The notes under the pieces were generated by a model. The model did no database searches. It was not told the DNA's origin and was given only the letters and a program-made list of their open reading frames with translations. Below, piece after piece: positions 25,387 through 34,960 of a stretch of 48,284 nucleotides of DNA (position 1 is the first letter of the stretch; each line of letters starts with the position of its first letter). This stretch comes from Bordetella parapertussis. GTDB taxonomy: Bacteria; Pseudomonadota; Gammaproteobacteria; Burkholderiales; SG8-41. The translations under genes were made by a program, and so were the position numbers. Location: contig CAMBGJ010000001.1 in NCBI GenBank assembly GCA_945865805.1, positions 1-48,284 of the forward strand, in the 5' to 3' direction.

Positions 25387-26667
25387 TTACAGATTCACTT
25401 CCAGCGTATACAACCCGCCGCTGAAGCGATCGGCCGCGTACACAATGTTGCGGTCATCGACATACACATCATTCATCTGAATCGCGCCTTTGGGCGACAG
25501 TGGCGGCGCGCCGGGGACGAAATACGCGGCCTCGCGTGGCTGATACTGATTTGAAATGTCGTAAACGCGGATGCCTGCGTTGAAACACGAGGTGAAAATA
25601 ATATTCTCCGAGCGAAACGCGTGTTTCGCCGGATAGTTTTCGTAGACGTTGTGCGCACCGAAGCGCCCGCCGCGCTTGCCGAAGGCTTCCACGGGTGGCA
25701 GCGGCAAGGTCGAAATCGTCACCAGATTGGTTTCGTCACTCATGTCGGCGATCCAGTTGAACTTGGGCCAATCCACGCCATCGTCCTTGTTGCATTCGTC
25801 GGCCAGTACCATCAGGCCGCGCCCCAGCAGCGGCATCGCGGTGTGCGACATGCCGTTGAACGGCGGCGAAATCTTCAAGCGCGAAATTTCCTTCGGGTGC
25901 GCCTTGTCGCCGATATCCAGGATCACCACGCCGCCGTCGATGTAGCCCATGTAAGCGCGGTCGGGCCGCTCAGGATAGACGCTGATGTTGTGCGGGCGGT
26001 AGCCGCCGTCAAACTTGGGGTGGCGTGGCACCGGCGGTTTGGCGTCGCCTACCTTCGTGCCCGGATACCACCAGCGGCCCGCTTCGACCGGCTTCGAGGG
26101 ATTGCGTACGTCAACGATGCGGTAAATCTGATGATCTTTGGGATTACGCGGCTGATGATCCGGCGCGCCGCAGCTTAAATGCACAAACTCGCCGTCGACA
26201 AACCAGCAGCAATGCGCGCCCAGCGAATGTGGGCCGGAGGCGTCAAAGTGCGAAATGAGTTTGGGCTTTTCCGGCGTGCTGATGTCAAACAGGTCGAAGC
26301 CTGCCGGCGTGCGCCCGGCCGACTGCATGAGGTTGTTGGGGTCGTTGGGGTTGCCCTTGCCGCCGCGCACCTGATAACACACCACCATCATGTCGCCGAC
26401 GACTTCCAGCGAATTGGAGCGCACTTCGCCATGCGGCAGATCAGTCTGCACCAACACCTTGGGTTTGCGCGGATCGGTGACATCCACACCGGTGAAGTTT
26501 TTGGGTGCCGACTCATGCGCGAGCCACAACACGCGCCGCCCATCGTGCGTCATCTGCATGGTGCAGCCCTCGCCGATGCCGCCGAAGCCGTCCAGCTCGT
26601 TCTGCGCCAGCAGTGTCATGTTCAGTGCCAGTGTGCGCGAGGCCTGTGATGCGGGGTTGAGTGCCAT
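25387..26667 (-). CDS. LVIVD-repeat-like beta-propeller protein (function unknown)
   Basis: 426 aa. Repeated units of the form hydrophobic-x-[LV]-x-D-[IV]-[ST]-x-P-x-x-P-K (VDVTDPRKPK, FDISTPEKPK, VDVRNPSKPV, LDIGDKAHPK, YDISNQYQPR). Confidence 0.6.
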   Translation of the reverse strand: MALNPASQASRTLALNMTLLAQNELDGFGGIGEGCTMQMTHDGRRVLWLAHESAPKNFTGVDVTDPRKPKVLVQTDLPHGEVRSNSLEVVGDMMVVCYQVRGGKGNPNDPNNLMQSAGRTPAGFDLFDISTPEKPKLISHFDASGPHSLGAHCCWFVDGEFVHLSCGAPDHQPRNPKDHQIYRIVDVRNPSKPVEAGRWWYPGTKVGDAKPPVPRHPKFDGGYRPHNISVYPERPDRAYMGYIDGGVVILDIGDKAHPKEISRLKISPPFNGMSHTAMPLLGRGLMVLADECNKDDGVDWPKFNWIADMSDETNLVTISTLPLPPVEAFGKRGGRFGAHNVYENYPAKHAFRSENIIFTSCFNAGIRVYDISNQYQPREAAYFVPGAPPLSPKGAIQMNDVYVDDRNIVYAADRFSGGLYTLEVNL

Positions 26668-26679
26668 ACCGTGTTCTCC

Positions 26680-27648
26680 CTATTTGATTAAACCCATTTG
26701 TGTCATGATGGTTTTTGCCTGTGCGTACTCGGCCTGCATCATCTGACGTGTTTGTTCCGCGTTTTTAAACACCGTTTCGCCCTGCACACGCTCGGCAGCG
26801 GTGCGAAACTCGTGGCTGGCGGCGACCTGGTACATCACCGCCTCCCAGTAGGCGATCTGCGCGGGTGTCACACCCTTTGGTGCAAGCACGGCGCGCCAGG
26901 TTTCGCTGACTGCGCCGCGGTAGCCGAGTTCGGCCCAGGTGGGCGCGGCACTGAACGCACCGGTAAGCCGCCGCGAGCCGGTAACCGCGAGCAGGCGCAA
27001 CTGGCCGCTTTCCACTTGCGATAAGAAGCCGACGGCGGAAGCCACCGCCACGTCGAGGTGTCCGCCCAACAGCCCCGTGAGCTGCTTGTTGCTTTCGAGT
27101 ACCACCAATTTCAGTGCGCGCACATCCACACCGGCAGCGTGCAGCATGCGCCCGGCGGCCAGGCGCGTTTGGATGGTGTTGATCGCGATGGTGAGGGAAT
27201 CAGGCTTGGCCTTCAACGCATCAGCGAAATCTTTGCCGCTTTTCAAGGGCGAGTCGGCACGCACCGCCACCACATAGGCTTCGGTCATGATGGTCGCGAT
27301 GGGGGCGAAATCGGTGTAGGTGACCGACAGACGGCCCGCAAGATGATTGGAGAGCAGCACCGGCGAAGCGAGACTCAACACGTGCGGGTCACCCTTACGT
27401 TGGGCGAGATGCGTATAAGCGAGCGCGTGTTCGCCGCTCGAGCGATTGACCACCGCGCTCGACACGGGCAAGAGCCGCATCTCCTGCCAGCGGCGTTGCA
27501 CGATGCGCGCGGTGGAATCCATCGCACCGCCGGGCGCATTGGGTGCGATCAGTTCCACGTGACGGCTGGGCGTCCAGCCTTGCGCGTGTACTACCACTGT
27601 GGCCACACACAGTGCGAGCACAGCGAACAGGCGCATCGCCGCTGTCAT
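26680..27648 (-). CDS. Bug/TctC-family substrate-binding protein
   Basis: MTAAMRLFAVLALCVATVVVHAQGWTPSRHVELIAPNAPGGAMD.... The ATG at 27648 overlaps the stop of the upstream paralogue (ATGA). The ORF-track extension to 28041 runs out of frame through the coding sequence of the upstream paralogue (27645..28601). Confidence 0.9.
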   Translation of the reverse strand: MTAAMRLFAVLALCVATVVVHAQGWTPSRHVELIAPNAPGGAMDSTARIVQRRWQEMRLLPVSSAVVNRSSGEHALAYTHLAQRKGDPHVLSLASPVLLSNHLAGRLSVTYTDFAPIATIMTEAYVVAVRADSPLKSGKDFADALKAKPDSLTIAINTIQTRLAAGRMLHAAGVDVRALKLVVLESNKQLTGLLGGHLDVAVASAVGFLSQVESGQLRLLAVTGSRRLTGAFSAAPTWAELGYRGAVSETWRAVLAPKGVTPAQIAYWEAVMYQVAASHEFRTAAERVQGETVFKNAEQTRQMMQAEYAQAKTIMTQMGLIK

Positions 27649-28601
27649 TGGATCAAGCCCAGATACGTCATGACTTTGCGCGTTTCGGCCGCGCCCTTGA
27701 AATCGACATCCCACTGGTTGCGTTCCGCAACCGCCTTGAACTCGCTGCTGTGCACCACTTTGCGCATCACGTCCTCCCAATAGGCGGTTTGCGCGGCACT
27801 GATATCGCGCGGCGCGATCAGCGCACGCCAGGTTTCGTAGGTGCCGTCTTTGTAGCCCAGCTCCGGCCAGGTTGGCACGCCTGCCAGCACGCCCGGCTTG
27901 TGGCGCGGCGCACTGACCGCCAGCACACGCATTTTGCCGCTTTCCAGATGCGGCAGCACTTGCGCGAGTGGCGACACCGAAATATCGATATGGCCGCCCA
28001 TCGCCTGCAGGGTCTGGGTGCCGGCGTTGAGCACCACCCATTTCACCGGTTTGATATCGATCTGCGCCGATTGCAGCACCACGCCCACAGCGATGCGGTG
28101 CGTGACATTGCCGATGCCAAAGGTGAGTGCGCCGGGGCGCGATTTCAGGGACTCCACCATCTCGCGGCCGTTCTTGAGCGGATGGTCGGCGCGCACCGCG
28201 AAGATGTAATCGTCACTCATCAGATAAGCAACCGGCGTGAATTCCGTGTGATTGAAGGGCGAGCGTCCGCTGATGTGGTTGGAGAGCAACGCGGGATTGG
28301 CGAACGCGAGGTAATGCGCGTCGCCCGCGCGCCCACGCAGATAGGTGTAGGCAATGGACTGCTCGCCGCCCTGGCGGTTGACCAGCGTGCTGGTTACCGG
28401 CACCAGCTTCAAGTCATGCCACAGCTTGTGAATCATGCGCGCGGCGACATCCATCGACGAGCCTTGCGCATTGGGTATGGTGACTTCGACATGGCGCTGT
28501 GGTGCCCAGCCTTGCGCGTGTACGGTCGTGCCGGCTACGGCCCATGCCAACGCCAGCATAGCTAGGCCGCGCGCTGCGGCGCGGGAGATCGTCATGGCCA
28601 T
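27645..28601 (-). CDS. Bug/TctC-family substrate-binding protein
   Basis: Signal peptide ...LALAWAVAGTTVHAQGWAPQRHVEVTIPNAQGSSMD. It is a tandem paralogue of 26680..27648. Confidence 0.9.
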   Translation of the reverse strand: MAMTISRAAARGLAMLALAWAVAGTTVHAQGWAPQRHVEVTIPNAQGSSMDVAARMIHKLWHDLKLVPVTSTLVNRQGGEQSIAYTYLRGRAGDAHYLAFANPALLSNHISGRSPFNHTEFTPVAYLMSDDYIFAVRADHPLKNGREMVESLKSRPGALTFGIGNVTHRIAVGVVLQSAQIDIKPVKWVVLNAGTQTLQAMGGHIDISVSPLAQVLPHLESGKMRVLAVSAPRHKPGVLAGVPTWPELGYKDGTYETWRALIAPRDISAAQTAYWEDVMRKVVHSSEFKAVAERNQWDVDFKGAAETRKVMTYLGLIQ

Positions 28602-28715
28602 TTTGCGTTAATCGCCTGAAATCGAACAATGGGTATTAGTGTAGCGCGCACTGCGGCGCGCTTGCGCTCACTGTCGCGGCTTGTGACAATCGCCGCTCTT
28701 CCCAACAGGCCCAAC

Positions 28716-29873
28716 ATGAACTTTGAATTCACCCCCGAACAACAGCAGTTCCGCGATGCCGTCGCTGGCTTCGCACAGAAAAATCTCAAGGCCGGTGCGT
28801 TAAAGCGCGCGCACCAAACCGAACACCCCTTCGATGTCGCTAAAATGATGGCCGCGCAGGGGCTGATGGGCATTGCGTTTCCCGAGGCCGACGGCGGCCA
28901 GGGTGGCTCGCTGATGGATGCCATACTCGCCATCGAGGCGGTGACCGAAGCCTGCCCGCGCAGCGCGGACGTGATTCAGGCCGGCAACTTCGGCCCGGTG
29001 CGGGTGCTGGCCGAGTACGGCACGCCGGATCAAAAACAACGCTACCTGTCACAGATTCTCGCTGGCGAAGCCGTGATCTGCGTCGGCATGACCGAGCCCG
29101 AAGCGGGCAGCGCGGTGACGGATCTGACCACCAGCGCCACGCCCGACGGCGAAGGGTATCGCATCAACGGCGTGAAAGTGTTCCAAACCCACGCCACCGC
29201 CGCCGAGGTAATGCTGACCTATGTACGCTTCGGCCCCGGCGTGGGCGGCATCGGCTCGGTGCTGATTCCGCGTACTTCGCCTGGCTTCAAACAAGGCAAG
29301 GCGGCGAATTTCTTCAACGGCGAGGAATGGGTGCAGACGTATCTGGACAATGTTTACGTCGGCGCGGAAAACATTCTGTTGAAAGAAGGCGGCTTCAAAA
29401 AGCAGATTGCGGGTTTTAACGTCGAGCGCATCGGCAACACGGCGCGTTCGCTGGCCTTCGGTCGCTACGCCTACAACATAGCGCGTGAGTGGGCCATGAC
29501 GCGCAAGCAATTCGGGCGGCTGCTGTGCGAGTTTCAGGGCATCCAGTGGAAATTCGCCGACATGAAAATGAAACTCGACGCCGGGCAGTTGCTGATTTAC
29601 CGCGCGGCGGCGAATGCAGTGAACGGCATACCTTCGGCCGAAGACACGGCTATCGCCAAGGCTTTTTGCAATCAGGCCGGTTTTGATATTTGCAACGAGG
29701 CGATGCAGATCATGGGCGGCATCGGCTACACCGAAGAGACGCTGGTGGAATATTGCTTTCGCAAGTGCCGCGGCTGGATGATTGCGGGTGGGTCGATTGA
29801 GATTTTGAAGAACCGGATTGCGGAAGGTGTTTTTGAACGCAGTTTTTCGCAGCGACCGGCGAGGGTGAAGTGA
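28716..29873 (+). CDS. acyl-CoA dehydrogenase family protein
   Basis: MNFEFTPEQQQFRDAV...GMTEPEAGS...FNVERIG...QIMGGIGYTEE. Start trimmed to the ATG at 28716. Confidence 0.9.
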   Translation: MNFEFTPEQQQFRDAVAGFAQKNLKAGALKRAHQTEHPFDVAKMMAAQGLMGIAFPEADGGQGGSLMDAILAIEAVTEACPRSADVIQAGNFGPVRVLAEYGTPDQKQRYLSQILAGEAVICVGMTEPEAGSAVTDLTTSATPDGEGYRINGVKVFQTHATAAEVMLTYVRFGPGVGGIGSVLIPRTSPGFKQGKAANFFNGEEWVQTYLDNVYVGAENILLKEGGFKKQIAGFNVERIGNTARSLAFGRYAYNIAREWAMTRKQFGRLLCEFQGIQWKFADMKMKLDAGQLLIYRAAANAVNGIPSAEDTAIAKAFCNQAGFDICNEAMQIMGGIGYTEETLVEYCFRKCRGWMIAGGSIEILKNRIAEGVFERSFSQRPARVK

Positions 29874-29893
29874 GGTGAGGCGCTATTATCACT

Positions 29894-29921
29894 TGTCATT
29901 CCCGCGCAGGCGGGAATGACA
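29894..29921. repeat. 12-bp-stem hairpin of ATTCCC-N8-GGGAAT type (REP-like, possible terminator)
   Basis: tgtcattcccgc-gcag-gcgggaatgaca, a perfect stem 21 nt after the acyl-CoA dehydrogenase stop. Confidence 0.7.
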
Positions 29922-29967
29922 GTGGAGAGATAACGGCTCGAGTTGCCTTAGCTACATAGAAAATATC

Positions 29968-29987
29968 CTTTAAAAACATATAGTTAT
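29968..29987 (+). repeat. AT-rich box copy 7 (forward; ends on the ATG of the next gene)
   Basis: CTTTAAAAACATATAGTTAT. The last two bases are the A and T of the 29986 start codon. No Shine-Dalgarno sequence is present. Confidence 0.55.
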
Positions 29988-32070
29988 GAATACCCCCCTA
30001 GACATTCTAAGACAGCAAGTTTTCTCCCCGCGCGCGGTCGCCCTCATCGGTGCCTCCAGCGACGCCAGCAAAAACACCTCACGCCCGCAGCGCTACATGC
30101 GCAAATACGGCTACAGCGGCAAGCTGTTCCCGATCAACCCCGGTCGCGATGAAATCTTCGGCGAGAAGTCTTACCCTGATGTCACCGCCGTACCCGATGA
30201 GATCGACCACGCCTTCATCATGGTGCCCGCCAACCGGGTGGCCCGCGCGCTGGAACAATGCGTGGCGAAAAAAATTCCCGTGGTGACGATCTACACCGAC
30301 GGCTTTGCCGAAATCGGTGCCGAGGGCCGTGCCATGCAGGAAGAGCTGCAACGCATCGCCAAGGCCGGCGGCGTGCGCCTGATTGGGCCGAATTGCATTG
30401 GTCTCTTCAGCAGCCAGACGAATCTGGGGTTGAGCGTGAACGCGGTGCTGGAAAATCTCGACATCAAGCCCGGCCCCATCGCGGTAGTGTCGCAAAGCGG
30501 CAGCATGACGGGCGGCCTGCTGTCACGTGGCCTCGGGCGTGGCGTGGGCTTCTCCAAGCTGGTGTCGGTGGGCAACGAAGCCGATATCGGCTTGGGTGAG
30601 TTCGCCGACATGCTGGTGGATGATCCGCACACCCAGGCGATTTTGTTGTTCATGGAAACACTGCGTGACGCCGAACATCTGGCGCGCGCGGGCAGGCGTG
30701 CCTATGAGGTGGGCAAACCGATCATTGCATTCAAACTCGGTCGCTCGGAAATCGGCCAGGATTGCGCGGCCTCGCATACCGGCGCGATGGCGGGCTCGGA
30801 TGAAATGTGCGATACGTTCCTGAAAGCGCACGGCATTTTGCGCGTTGATCACCTCGAAACACTGTTTGAGCTGCCGCCGATGATCATGGGCAAAAAGCCG
30901 GTGAAGACGCATCGCGTGGCGATCATGTCCACCACCGGCGGGGGTGCCGCGACTGTGGCAGATCGTCTCGGCACACTGGGCATCGAGGTGGTTGGGCCGA
31001 CGCAGCAGGTGATCGACAATCTCGCGAAAAATCACAACATCAAAATCAGCAGTGCGCGGGTGACGGACCTGACGCTCGCGGGTGCGAAAAAAGAAATCTA
31101 CAGCGCGGTGCTGAATGAACTGCTGGCCTCCGACCATTGCGATCTGGTGATTCCCATCGCCGGCAGCAGCGCGCAGTTTCAGCCGCAGATCGCCGTGGCA
31201 CCGGTGGTGGAAGCCGATCCGCGCGGCAAAATCATCGCGGCGTTTCTCGCGCCTCACGCGGAAAAGTCGTTGAATCTGTTGTCCGAGGCCGGCATCGCGG
31301 CGTTTCGCACGCCAGAGTCCTGCGCCGACGCCATCAGCGCGTGGCGTCACTGGCAGCCGCCCGTGACGCGCCCGGCGCAGGATACGACGCGCGTGGCAGA
31401 GGCGCAAAAGTTGCTTGCCGCCAGCGGCGCCAAGCAACTGAATGAACGCGACGCCTGCCGCGTGTTCGGCGCGCTGGGCGTGGCTTGTGCGCAGACCGCA
31501 GTCATTAATACCCCTGCTGATGCGGCGAATGTGCCGTATCCGGTGGTGGCGAAAATTCTCTCCCCCGACATCGCGCACAAGACCGATGCGGGCGGCGTAG
31601 TGCTCAACATTGCCGATGCGAGCGCCTTGAAGCAGGCCGCGCAAGACATCCTCGCACGCGTGGGCGAGAAACACCCGAATGCAAAAATCGACGGCATACT
31701 CGTGCAGAAGATGGAAAAGGGACTGGCCGAAATCATCCTCGGCTTCAAGCGCGATCCGCAAGTCGGCCCGGTGGTGGTGCTCGGCATCGGCGGCGTGCTG
31801 GCGGAGATTTACAAGGATTTCGCCGCGCGCCTGGCGCCCGTCAGCGTGGAAGACGCCGCAAAAATGATTGAACAGGTGAAGGGTCTGGCACCGATACGTG
31901 GCTATCGCGGCATGACCCGCGGCGACTGCGCCGCGCTCGCCCAAACCGTCAGTGCGTTTTCGCAACTGGCTTATCTGGATAGCGTCGCCGAGGCGGAAAT
32001 TAATCCGTTGATCGTGAAGCCGGAGGGTGAGGGCGTGGTGGCGGTGGATGGGTTGGTGGTGCAGCGGTGA
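29986..32070 (+). CDS. ADP-forming acyl-CoA synthetase (acetate--CoA ligase family; CoA-binding, succinyl-CoA-synthetase-like and ATP-grasp domains)
   Basis: 694 aa with SPRAVALIGAS...GPNCIGL...SQSG... and a C-terminal ATP-grasp (YPVVAKILSPDI.HK.D.GGV.L). Confidence 0.85.
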   Translation: MNTPLDILRQQVFSPRAVALIGASSDASKNTSRPQRYMRKYGYSGKLFPINPGRDEIFGEKSYPDVTAVPDEIDHAFIMVPANRVARALEQCVAKKIPVVTIYTDGFAEIGAEGRAMQEELQRIAKAGGVRLIGPNCIGLFSSQTNLGLSVNAVLENLDIKPGPIAVVSQSGSMTGGLLSRGLGRGVGFSKLVSVGNEADIGLGEFADMLVDDPHTQAILLFMETLRDAEHLARAGRRAYEVGKPIIAFKLGRSEIGQDCAASHTGAMAGSDEMCDTFLKAHGILRVDHLETLFELPPMIMGKKPVKTHRVAIMSTTGGGAATVADRLGTLGIEVVGPTQQVIDNLAKNHNIKISSARVTDLTLAGAKKEIYSAVLNELLASDHCDLVIPIAGSSAQFQPQIAVAPVVEADPRGKIIAAFLAPHAEKSLNLLSEAGIAAFRTPESCADAISAWRHWQPPVTRPAQDTTRVAEAQKLLAASGAKQLNERDACRVFGALGVACAQTAVINTPADAANVPYPVVAKILSPDIAHKTDAGGVVLNIADASALKQAAQDILARVGEKHPNAKIDGILVQKMEKGLAEIILGFKRDPQVGPVVVLGIGGVLAEIYKDFAARLAPVSVEDAAKMIEQVKGLAPIRGYRGMTRGDCAALAQTVSAFSQLAYLDSVAEAEINPLIVKPEGEGVVAVDGLVVQR

Positions 32071-32082
32071 CGCCATAAGCCC

Positions 32083-32691
32083 ATGCCTTGGGACACCGTC
32101 CTGGCCTTCTCTCTATTCGCCCTGGTGACCTCCATCACCCCCGGCCCGAACAATCTCATGCTGCTGGCCTCGGGCGTCAACTTTGGCTTCAAGCCGACGG
32201 TGCCACATCTGTTGGGCATCAGTGCCGGTTTTCTGGTGATGGCGTTTGCAGTGGGGCTCGGGTTGGCGGAATTTTTTACGCGGCTGCCGTGGCTATATGG
32301 GGTGTTGAAATGGGCGGGGGCGATTTATTTGCTGTACCTGGCGTGGCGGATTGCAAATTCTGCGCCGCCGGCGGATGCCCCGCCCGGCGTGCGGCCTGCT
32401 CAGCCTTTGGGCTTCTGGGGCGCGGCGGCGTTTCAGTGGGTGAATCCCAAGGCGTGGGTGATGGCGATTAGCGGCTATAGCACGTATGTGCCAGCCAGCA
32501 GCGGGTTGATGGTGGTGGCCGGCGCGGCGTTGTTGTTTGCGCTGATCAATCTGCCGTGTGTGAGTGTGTGGGCACTGTTCGGCGCGAGCCTGCGCAACTT
32601 GCTGCGGGTGCGGCGCAATCTGATTGCGTTTAACTACGGCATGGCGGCGCTACTGGCGATTTCGCTGTATCCCTTGTTCCGCGCGTTTTGA
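32083..32691 (+). CDS. LysE/RhtB-family amino-acid exporter
   Basis: 202 aa, six hydrophobic helices, N-terminal FALVTSITPGPNN motif. Confidence 0.85.
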   Translation: MPWDTVLAFSLFALVTSITPGPNNLMLLASGVNFGFKPTVPHLLGISAGFLVMAFAVGLGLAEFFTRLPWLYGVLKWAGAIYLLYLAWRIANSAPPADAPPGVRPAQPLGFWGAAAFQWVNPKAWVMAISGYSTYVPASSGLMVVAGAALLFALINLPCVSVWALFGASLRNLLRVRRNLIAFNYGMAALLAISLYPLFRAF

Positions 32692-32697
32692 GCCACG

Positions 32698-33324
32698 GTG
32701 ACTGCCATACCTGTCAAAGCCTTGCTGTTCGATCTGGGTGGTGTGCTGATCAACATCGATTTCGCGCGCGCGCTGCGGGCGTGGTCGGCGTTTTCGCCGC
32801 TCTCCGTCGCGCAATTGAAAGCGGCGTTTCAGCAGGACGATGCCTATGAACGGATTGAAACCGGCAGGATCACCACAGCGCGCTATTTCGAGCATCTTCG
32901 CGCCTGCCTGAAGCTCGACGCCACAGACGAACAAATCGCCGACGCCTGGAACGCGCTGTTATTGGATGAGATCACCGTGACCGTCGACGCGATACGCCGG
33001 GCGCGCGAGCAGCTGAAGCTGCCCTGTTATATTTTCAGCAACACCAGTCCCACGCATCACGCGCTATGGCGCGTGCGTCATGCGCGCATGCTTGAGGCGT
33101 TCGAGCGCGTGTTTGTGTCGTCGGAAATCGGTTTGCGCAAGCCGCATCGCGAGGCGTTTGACTTCGTCGCGCGCGAGATCGGCGTGCCACCGCAAGCGAT
33201 TCTGTTTTTTGATGATCTGGCGGACAATGTTGCCGGGGCCGCAGCGGCGGGTTTTTCAACCGTGCACGTGCGCGGACCAGCCGATGTGCAAAAGGTGTTG
33301 CATCAGTTGGCCAGCGATTTGTAA
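32698..33324 (+). CDS. HAD-superfamily hydrolase (subfamily IA-like)
   Basis: GTG start. Motif I is LLFDLGGVL, with SNT... and FFDDL..NV..A in the later motifs. Confidence 0.8.
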   Translation: MTAIPVKALLFDLGGVLINIDFARALRAWSAFSPLSVAQLKAAFQQDDAYERIETGRITTARYFEHLRACLKLDATDEQIADAWNALLLDEITVTVDAIRRAREQLKLPCYIFSNTSPTHHALWRVRHARMLEAFERVFVSSEIGLRKPHREAFDFVAREIGVPPQAILFFDDLADNVAGAAAAGFSTVHVRGPADVQKVLHQLASDL

Positions 33325-33330
33325 AATAAT

Positions 33331-33350
33331 CAATTAAAACAATCGCTTAT
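33331..33350 (+). repeat. AT-rich box copy 8 (forward)
   Basis: CAATTAAAACAATCGCTTAT starts 7 nt after the HAD stop. Confidence 0.5.
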
Positions 33351-33465
33351 GAAAACTCGCGGTAGGCGCTGCACAGGCAATTAAACGCGATGGTTTAAAC
33401 TCACCAGCGTACATTCAGGCACACTCAAGCAGACTCACTTAAGCAGATTAACCCAGGAGACCAGC

Positions 33466-33885
33466 ATGAAGATCAAGCGTATCGAACACGTGGGCGTGGT
33501 GGTGAAGGATGTGGAAAAAAGCCGCGCGTTATGGGAAGGCTGTTTCGGCATCAAGCTGGGCGGCGTGGAAACCAACCCGGAGCGGCCGGTGCAACTGGCG
33601 TTGTATCCGGTGGGCGAATCGATGGTGGAGCTGATTGCCGGCACCACGCCCGACAGCAAACACGCCAAGATGGTTGCCGAAGGCAAGGGCGGCATCAATC
33701 ACCTGTGCTTTGAAGTCGAGGACATCGACGCAGCGCTCGCCGAGTTGAAGGCCAAAGGGGTGCCGCTGCTGGATCAAACCCCGCGTATCGGCCATGCGGG
33801 CTGCCGCATTGCGTTTCTCGATCCGGCGGGCACCGATGGTTGTTTGATCGAACTCGCGCAATTGCCCGCGGATCATCACGCGTAA
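33466..33885 (+). CDS. VOC-family protein, methylmalonyl-CoA epimerase-like
   Basis: 139 aa with IEHVGVVVKD...GINHLCFEV.DID....LK..G.....P..G..G..IAFL.P.....LIEL. Confidence 0.8.
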   Translation: MKIKRIEHVGVVVKDVEKSRALWEGCFGIKLGGVETNPERPVQLALYPVGESMVELIAGTTPDSKHAKMVAEGKGGINHLCFEVEDIDAALAELKAKGVPLLDQTPRIGHAGCRIAFLDPAGTDGCLIELAQLPADHHA

Positions 33886-33918
33886 GCCGCCCACAAACTT
33901 TAAGCCATCGTCGAAGCC

Positions 33919-34887
33919 ATGCACATCCTCATCATACCCGGCGTCACCATGCCCACTGTGGAAGACGCCCTGCTCGCCCGTATCCGCGAAACCGCCGGCC
34001 CCGGCGTGCGTATCACCGTGGCAAAGTCCGCCGCCGAAGCCACTGCGGCAATGGAAGATGTCGAGATCATTCTCGGCACGATCACGCCGGAAATGTTCGC
34101 TCGCGCGAAGAAACTCACCTGGGTGCACGCGATCACCTCTGGCGCGGATTCGTATCTGTTTCCGCAAATGGTGCAAAGCGAAGTCATGCTCTCCGGCGAC
34201 AAGGGTTTGGTGGGCACGCATCTGGCCGACCACACCTTTGCGCTGCTGCTGTCGCTCACACGGCGCCTCGCGCACGCGGTGCAGGATGCGCCGCACTCGT
34301 GGAAAAACCGCGTGGCGTATCGCGCCGAGGAGTTCGAGCTTGAAGGCCGCACCATGGGCATCGTCGGCTTTGGCGGCACCGGCCGCCAGATCGCGCGCCG
34401 CGCAGCGGCTTTTGGCATGCGTTGCATCGCGGTGGATTGCGACAAGGTGCCGCCATCGCCGGAAGTCGCCGAGGTGTGGGGCACGGATCGTCTCGATGAA
34501 TTGCTGCGTACCGCCGATGTCGTCACCTCGGGCCTGCCGCTGACGCCGCATACGCGCAATCTGTTTGACGCGCGCGCGTTTGCCTTGATGAAGCCTTCGG
34601 CGCTATTCGTTAACGTCACACGCGGCGAAATTTACGACGCCCCTGCGCTGATGGCCGCCATCAACAACGGCAAGCTCGCCGGCGCGGGCCTGGATGTCGC
34701 GCCGCAAGAACCGCTGCCCTCCGAGCACCCGCTGTGGACCACGCCGAATGTCATCATGACGCCGCACACTGCGGGCGCCAGCCAGTTTCGCATCAGCCGC
34801 AATCTGGATCGCTTCTGCCGCAACATCGCGCTGTATCGTGACGGTAAACCGCTGGAAGGGCAGATCAATAAATCGCGCGGCTTCTGA
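33919..34887 (+). CDS. D-isomer-specific 2-hydroxyacid dehydrogenase family protein
   Basis: GIVGFGGTGRQIARRAAAFGMRCIAVD, NVTRGEIYD, LDV.PQEPLP, NVIMTPHTAG. Confidence 0.85.
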   Translation: MHILIIPGVTMPTVEDALLARIRETAGPGVRITVAKSAAEATAAMEDVEIILGTITPEMFARAKKLTWVHAITSGADSYLFPQMVQSEVMLSGDKGLVGTHLADHTFALLLSLTRRLAHAVQDAPHSWKNRVAYRAEEFELEGRTMGIVGFGGTGRQIARRAAAFGMRCIAVDCDKVPPSPEVAEVWGTDRLDELLRTADVVTSGLPLTPHTRNLFDARAFALMKPSALFVNVTRGEIYDAPALMAAINNGKLAGAGLDVAPQEPLPSEHPLWTTPNVIMTPHTAGASQFRISRNLDRFCRNIALYRDGKPLEGQINKSRGF

Positions 34888-34960
34888 CGCAATACGCCGC
34901 ACGCTGCCGCCGCACCAGTTGCCGGGGCTGGCGTCCCCTGCAACGCATTAAGGAATTGTC

